Of a DNA stretch of 64,000 bases, positions 59,165 to 64,000 are shown one piece after another. Position numbers and translations under genes: made by a program. The notes below the pieces were generated by a model, which did no database searches, was not told the origin of the DNA, and worked only from the letters and a program-made list of their open reading frames with translations. Source of the stretch: Syntrophales bacterium (GTDB lineage: Bacteria; Desulfobacterota; Syntrophia; Syntrophales; UBA2210); NCBI GenBank assembly GCA_963662405.2, contig CAXXKT010000003.1, positions 352,001 to 416,000 of the forward strand. The letters are read 5' to 3'. Numbering within the stretch: position 1 is the first letter of the stretch; each line of letters begins with the position of its first letter.

Positions 59165-61164
59165 AAAACCGCGATGAGTCACCATTTTTTTTATCAGATA
59201 CGGAAATCCAGCTTCTGCTGTTCGGCGGCAAGGGCGGTGTCGGCAAAACCACGGCCTCGGCGGCAACAGCGCTGGAGATCGCCCTTCGTCATCCTGATAA
59301 ATCCCTGCTTCTGGTTTCCACCGATCCGGCCCATTCCCTTCAAGACAGTTTCTCCGGGGCCGAGCCACCCCCCAACCTGAAGGTCCTTGAATTGGACGCA
59401 CAGGCCTACCTCCACGACTTCCAGGAGAAAAACCGGCAGCGTCTCGGGGAAATTGCCTCCCGGGGGACCTTCCTTGACGAAGAGGACATTAACCGTTTTA
59501 TGGAGCTTTCTCTGCCGGGGATGGACGAACTCATGGCCTTCCTGGAGATCAGCCGCTGGGTCAAGGAAGGGGCCTATGACAGGATCATCATGGATACGGC
59601 GCCGACGGGGCACACCCTGCGCCTCATGGAAATGCCCGACATGATCCGGAAGTGGCTGGAGGCCCTCGACACGCTCCTGGCCAAGCACCGGTACATGAAG
59701 AAACTGTTCCGGGGATCCTATGAGCGGGACGACCTCGATCACTTCATAGAAGGTCTCGCCGCTTCCGTCAAGCAGATGGAAAAGCTCCTCAAGGATCATC
59801 AGCAGTGCCGGTTTGTCCCGGTCATGCTGGCCGAGGCTTTGAGTATCGAAGAGACACTGGATCTGATCTGGGAATTGCAGCACCTCCGCATCGGCGTCGT
59901 GGACGTGATTATCAACCGCCTGTTCCCGGAAAGTCCGTGTCTCACCTGTCGTCATATCCGCGCCCTCCAGCTGCAGGAACTGGCCCGGATCTTCAAGGAG
60001 CCGGGTTTTTCCAAGCTCCGCCTCTGGGGGGTTCCCATCTATCCCGAGGAAATCAGAGGCATGGAATCGCTCCGGACCTTCTGGGACGGTCTGAAAGAAG
60101 TAACGCCGACCCCCGGTGAAGCCCCTGTATCTCTGCCTCCGGTAACGCCCAGCGTCGACAGCCCCGTCCCCCTGCCCCCGCCGGAAACGGCGATGCTCGT
60201 CTTTGCGGGCAAAGGGGGGGTCGGCAAGACCACCCTGGCCTGCGCCACGGCCCTGCATCTGGCTCAGGCCTATACAGAGAAACGGACTCTGCTGTTTTCG
60301 GCCGATCCGGCCCACTCCCTTTCCGATTGTCTGAACATGCGCCTCGGTCCCGAGCCAATACAGGCGGCGCCGGGACTGTGGGTTATGGAAATGGACGCCA
60401 CCGCCGATTTTGTTGCCCTGAAAAATCAGTACCGGAAGGAACTTGCGCGATTCCTCTCCCAGTTGATGCCGAACCTCGATCTGACGTTTGACCGTGAAGT
60501 CATGGAACGGATCATGGATCTGTCGCCCCCGGGGATCGATGAGCTGATGGCGCTGGCGGCAGTGATGGATTTCCTGACCCCGGCGGGCTACGACCTCCTG
60601 ATCCTCGACGCGGCACCGACGGGTCACCTGATCAGGCTGCTGGAATTGCCGGAGATCATCGAGAAATGGTTAAAGGCGTTCTTCACCCTCTTCCTTAAAT
60701 ACCGGAACATCTTCCGATTGCCGGGGATCTCAGAGCGCCTGGTCAGGCTGTCAAAGGATTTGAAGCGTCTGAGAGCGATCCTGCGCGACCCGTCCCGGGC
60801 GGCCCTCTACGCTGTCAGCATTCTCACGGAGATGTCCTTTGCGGAAACGATGGATCTTATCGCCGCCTGCGGGCGTTTGGAAATTCCGGTTCCCTGTCTG
60901 TTTTTAAACATGGCGACGCCGGACGGCTCTGATCCCCTCTGTCATTCCCTGTTCCAAAGAGAATCAGTTGTGCGGGAAAAGTTTGGCCTGACCTTCCCCG
61001 GTATCCTCCGGCCGGTGGTGTATCGGCTGAGCGATCCCCGGGGAGTCGAAAATCTCGAAGCCCTGGGTCAGATCCTATACCGGTCTGCCGTCTCAGAAGG
61101 AACAAGCAGGAAGCAACGGGCAACCGGCAAGAGAAAAAAAGAAAACAAGGTGGAATATGTCTGA
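59161..61164 (+). CDS. ArsA/GET3-family ATPase (tandem domains)
   Basis: Two GKGGVGKTT motifs, STDPAHS/SADPAHS, PGMDE/PGIDE, DTAPTGH/DAAPTGH, CLTC. Confidence 0.92.
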   Translation: MKNRDESPFFLSDTEIQLLLFGGKGGVGKTTASAATALEIALRHPDKSLLLVSTDPAHSLQDSFSGAEPPPNLKVLELDAQAYLHDFQEKNRQRLGEIASRGTFLDEEDINRFMELSLPGMDELMAFLEISRWVKEGAYDRIIMDTAPTGHTLRLMEMPDMIRKWLEALDTLLAKHRYMKKLFRGSYERDDLDHFIEGLAASVKQMEKLLKDHQQCRFVPVMLAEALSIEETLDLIWELQHLRIGVVDVIINRLFPESPCLTCRHIRALQLQELARIFKEPGFSKLRLWGVPIYPEEIRGMESLRTFWDGLKEVTPTPGEAPVSLPPVTPSVDSPVPLPPPETAMLVFAGKGGVGKTTLACATALHLAQAYTEKRTLLFSADPAHSLSDCLNMRLGPEPIQAAPGLWVMEMDATADFVALKNQYRKELARFLSQLMPNLDLTFDREVMERIMDLSPPGIDELMALAAVMDFLTPAGYDLLILDAAPTGHLIRLLELPEIIEKWLKAFFTLFLKYRNIFRLPGISERLVRLSKDLKRLRAILRDPSRAALYAVSILTEMSFAETMDLIAACGRLEIPVPCLFLNMATPDGSDPLCHSLFQRESVVREKFGLTFPGILRPVVYRLSDPRGVENLEALGQILYRSAVSEGTSRKQRATGKRKKENKVEYV

Positions 61165-61351
61165 TTATGAACTGGATGAAAAGGAACATGTCAGCCTTTG
61201 CGAGGCACTGGACCGGATCCTCAACAAAGGCGCCGTGATTGTCGGCGACGTCATGATCTCCGTTGCCGATATCGATCTCGTTTATCTGGGCCTGCAGGTC
61301 ATCCTGACCTCCGTGGAAACGGCCCGACACGAGGAAGGTCTGGTGCTATGA
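61157..61351 (+). CDS. GvpA-family accessory protein (GvpJ/S/M-like)
   Basis: SLCEALDRILNKGAVIVGDVMISVADIDLVYL. Confidence 0.88.
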   Translation: MSDYELDEKEHVSLCEALDRILNKGAVIVGDVMISVADIDLVYLGLQVILTSVETARHEEGLVL

Positions 61352-61737
61352 ACATGAGCGCGGGTTCCGGATTTTCCGATTTGGACAGATTTGAAACCTG
61401 TCCCCAAAGTGTGACGTCGCCGGCCATAAGCGATTTTGCAAAAACCATGACGCCACGGGCCAGGCAGGCATCGTCCGGTCATGTGAATCTTGATGGGGAT
61501 AAGAAAAAAAACGGTCTGGCCCAGCTTGTACTGACCGTGGTCAAACTCCTCCATGAACTCCTGGAGAAACAGGCGATCCGCAGGATTGACGGGGGAGGCC
61601 TTACAGATGAAGAGATTGAGCGTCTCGGTTTCACCCTGATGCGTCAGTCAGAGGAAATCGCGAGGATCGCCCTCGAATTCGGTCTCGAAAGCGACGATTT
61701 GAATCTTGATTTGGGACCTTTGGGAAAATTATTATAG
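61348..61737 (+). CDS. gvpK: Gas vesicle protein GvpK
   Basis: GLAQLVLTVV.LL..LLEKQAIRR, EIERLG, DLNLDLGPLGKLL. Confidence 0.92.
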   Translation: MNMSAGSGFSDLDRFETCPQSVTSPAISDFAKTMTPRARQASSGHVNLDGDKKKNGLAQLVLTVVKLLHELLEKQAIRRIDGGGLTDEEIERLGFTLMRQSEEIARIALEFGLESDDLNLDLGPLGKLL

Positions 61738-61750
61738 CAGGAGGCAAAAA

Positions 61751-62068
61751 ATGGCAGTCCAACAACGCGCGCGACATTCTCTGGAAAGTACGAATCTTGC
61801 GGATCTTCTCGAAAGGATCCTGGACAAGGGGATTGTGATCGCCGGCGATATACGGATCAACCTGGTCGACGTTGAATTGCTGACAATCCAGATCCGTCTC
61901 GTCATCTGCTCCGTTGATAAGGCCAAGGAGATGGGCATGGACTGGTGGGTGAACAATCCCGCGTTCTGTTCCGGGGCCAAGAAGCAGCAGGCTCTTCCGG
62001 AGGTGATGGACAGGCTCGAAGAACGCCTCGCCCGGATCGAGACCTCCCTGGCCGCCGGGGCGAAATAG
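61751..62068 (+). CDS. gvpJ: Gas vesicle protein GvpJ
   Basis: [40 protein letters not shown]. Confidence 0.9.
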   Translation: MAVQQRARHSLESTNLADLLERILDKGIVIAGDIRINLVDVELLTIQIRLVICSVDKAKEMGMDWWVNNPAFCSGAKKQQALPEVMDRLEERLARIETSLAAGAK

Positions 62069-62133
62069 CGGAGGCGCGAATCAAAGGGGAACTGTTTTTA
62101 CTATATGGGTAGGGGAGGTTTTAACCTCCCATC

Positions 62134-63451
62134 ATGATCAATCCTTTAATTGTTGGATTTATTCATTTATTGGTGCCCCTTGTATTGTGGCCACTAAGAG
62201 GGAACGAGGCCTGGAGGACCGGGATGCGGTTGGCAAGATCATCAGAAAAAGAAACGTCCGTGATTAACAGAGAGAGACGTTCAGGCCGGACCACGGATCT
62301 GCGCCGGCGGGCGGAAAACCGTCTGAAAGAGAAGGAGAAAACCCGGCGTGCGGATGCGGAAGATCGGATAAGCGAGTCGGAGACGAAGCGGCTTATCCAC
62401 GAACTGCAGGTGTACCGGATCGAGCTTGAGATGCAGAATGAGGAGCTGCGTCTCGCACAGAGAGACCTTGAAGCTTCACGGGCACGGTATTTCGACCTCT
62501 ATGACCTGGCGCCGGTGGGCTACATTGAGTGATAAAGGGTTAATCCTGGAGGCCAATCTCACGGCGGCCACCCTGCTGGGTGTGGCGAGAAACGCCCTGG
62601 TCAAAGAGCGTTTGGACAGCTTCATTCTCCCTGAAGATCAGGACATCTACTACCTCCACCGCAATCTGCTTTTTAAAACCGGTGAGCCGCAGGCATGCGA
62701 ACTGCGGCTGCTGTCCACCAGCGCAACTCCCTTGTGGGTGAGAATAGATGCGGCCTTGGCAACGGAGGAGGAGACCGGCAAACCGGTATGCCGCGCCTTG
62801 ATGAGCGACATCACCCAGCACAAGCAGGCGGAGCAAAATCTCCAGGATATCCTCGAAAGTCTCAGGAAGGCCGTCAGATCAACTATTCAGGTAATAATAT
62901 CGACCGTGGAGGCAAGAGATCCCTATACCGCCGGCCACCAGCGCCGGTCCGCGGATCTTGCCCGTGCCATCGCCACGGAGATGAAACTTTCCCAAGACAG
63001 GATTGAAGGCATCAGGATAGCCTGTTCCATCCATGACCTCGGGAAGCTATCCATACCTGCGGAGATATTGTCCAAACCAAGAAAGCTAACGGAAGACGAG
63101 TTTTCCCTGATTAAAGAACATGCAAGGAAAGGCTACGACATCCTGAAAAATGTAGAATCCTCGTGGCCGCTGGCGGAGATTGTCTACCAGCACCATGAAC
63201 GGATGGATGGTTCGGGCTATCCGAGAAACCTGAAGGGTGACGAAATACTCATGGAGGCCCGCATTTTGGCCGTTTCTGACATAGTCGAAGCCATGGCCTC
63301 CCACCGTCCCTATCGCGCCGCTCTTGGTATTGACGCGGTCCTGAAAGAGATTGATGACAACCGGGGGATTCTGTACGATCCCGAGGCGGTGGATGCCTGT
63401 CTGAATTATTCCGGGAAAAAGGTTTTCAATTTAAAGGTGCTTGATGATTAG
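62134..63451 (+). pseudogene. PAS/HD-GYP phosphodiesterase, frameshifted near 62521 and near 63402
   Basis: HELQV..IELEMQNEEL N-terminus in one frame; PAS, RDPYTAGH, HDLGK, HHER.DGSGYP in another; expected LFREKGF tail lies out of frame. Confidence 0.85.
62418..62522 (+). repeat. 105-bp direct repeat, copy 2
   Basis: Matches 42971-43075 with one mismatch seen. Confidence 0.9.
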
Positions 63452-64000
63452 AGGAAATAATTGCTTCCATTCATGACCGAAAGTTGCAGTTTCGTAGGTG
63501 GACTCAAGATCCGGACAATGTCATTTATCCATGAACCGCACTCACTCCGTTCAATTAAAAGGTGCAGGTCAGCTGATCGGATCAGATTGTTGGATACGGG
63601 GTGAAAGGTGCTACTACCTGACAGCGTGTTTTCCGCTCATCCAGGCTAATGTCTTCCTTTCTAAGTTAGTAAACAGCATAAGTGAGGAAAAATTGCTGAT
63701 ATTAATCGGAAGTCAACAGCTAATGGCCATGTATTTTTTGACTTATGATATTTTTATGTAAAATAAGAAAATCGAAAATATATGTTAACGAACCGATCTG
63801 ATTCGCCAACTTCAGTTGTAATGGTCTTACATCAAGGATGGCTCGTGTCTAAGCGAGTTCATTATAATCTTAGTAGCTCAGATAAACCCATCCCACACCA
63901 CGGCAGTAACTCACCTATTTTCATAAGTTCTTGTATTCAAAAAGATATATTATTTTACCACCGTTGCGTTTCAACAGCGGTACATAGGACTTTTACAAAT

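Noticed and set aside
59161..61164. Arsenic resistance operon
   Set aside because: No arsB/acr3, arsC, arsD or arsR; the gene overlaps gvp genes on both sides.
63498..64000. Short ORFs at the window end
   Set aside because: AT-rich, interrupted and without recognisable motifs.

Overview
Bacterial DNA; the protein set (CheB/CheR fusion, sigma54 regulators, PAS-GGDEF and HD-GYP proteins, gas-vesicle cluster) suggests an anaerobic Desulfobacterota/Syntrophales-like host, which is an inference. Four blocks. (1) 1-5.4 kb: stress module (stomatin, groES-groEL, hsp20, baeRF-like gene), a frameshifted IS200-type element and a probable ftsH relic. (2) About 5.5-36.9 kb: a mobile element with no integrase or T4SS visible in the window. 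It carries parAB, a replication-relaxation protein, an AbrB-Doc toxin-antitoxin pair, IHF, a nuclease-HerA pair and ArdC. It also has an archaeal-type Orc1/Cdc6 initiator next to three ORB-like boxes, two of them inverted around an AT-rich stretch, which is the archaeal oriC layout. Its cargo is an 11.6-kb co-oriented minus-strand cluster: WD40 protein ending in Gly-Gly, Ser/Thr kinase-Sel1, JAB fused to an inactive E2-like domain, E2, a four-repeat zinc-finger protein, E1, HerA/FtsK ATPase and a coiled-coil protein. This looks like a ubiquitination-type system with no ubiquitin-like gene. (3) 37-47 kb: a secreted beta-helix protein and signalling genes. (4) 47-63.5 kb: a sigma54-controlled gas-vesicle cluster with Hsp20, Cdc48, an ArsA/GET3-like ATPase and a recent gvpA-gvpC tandem duplication, ending in an HD-GYP pseudogene. 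All calls come from reading motifs by eye; no database searches were run.
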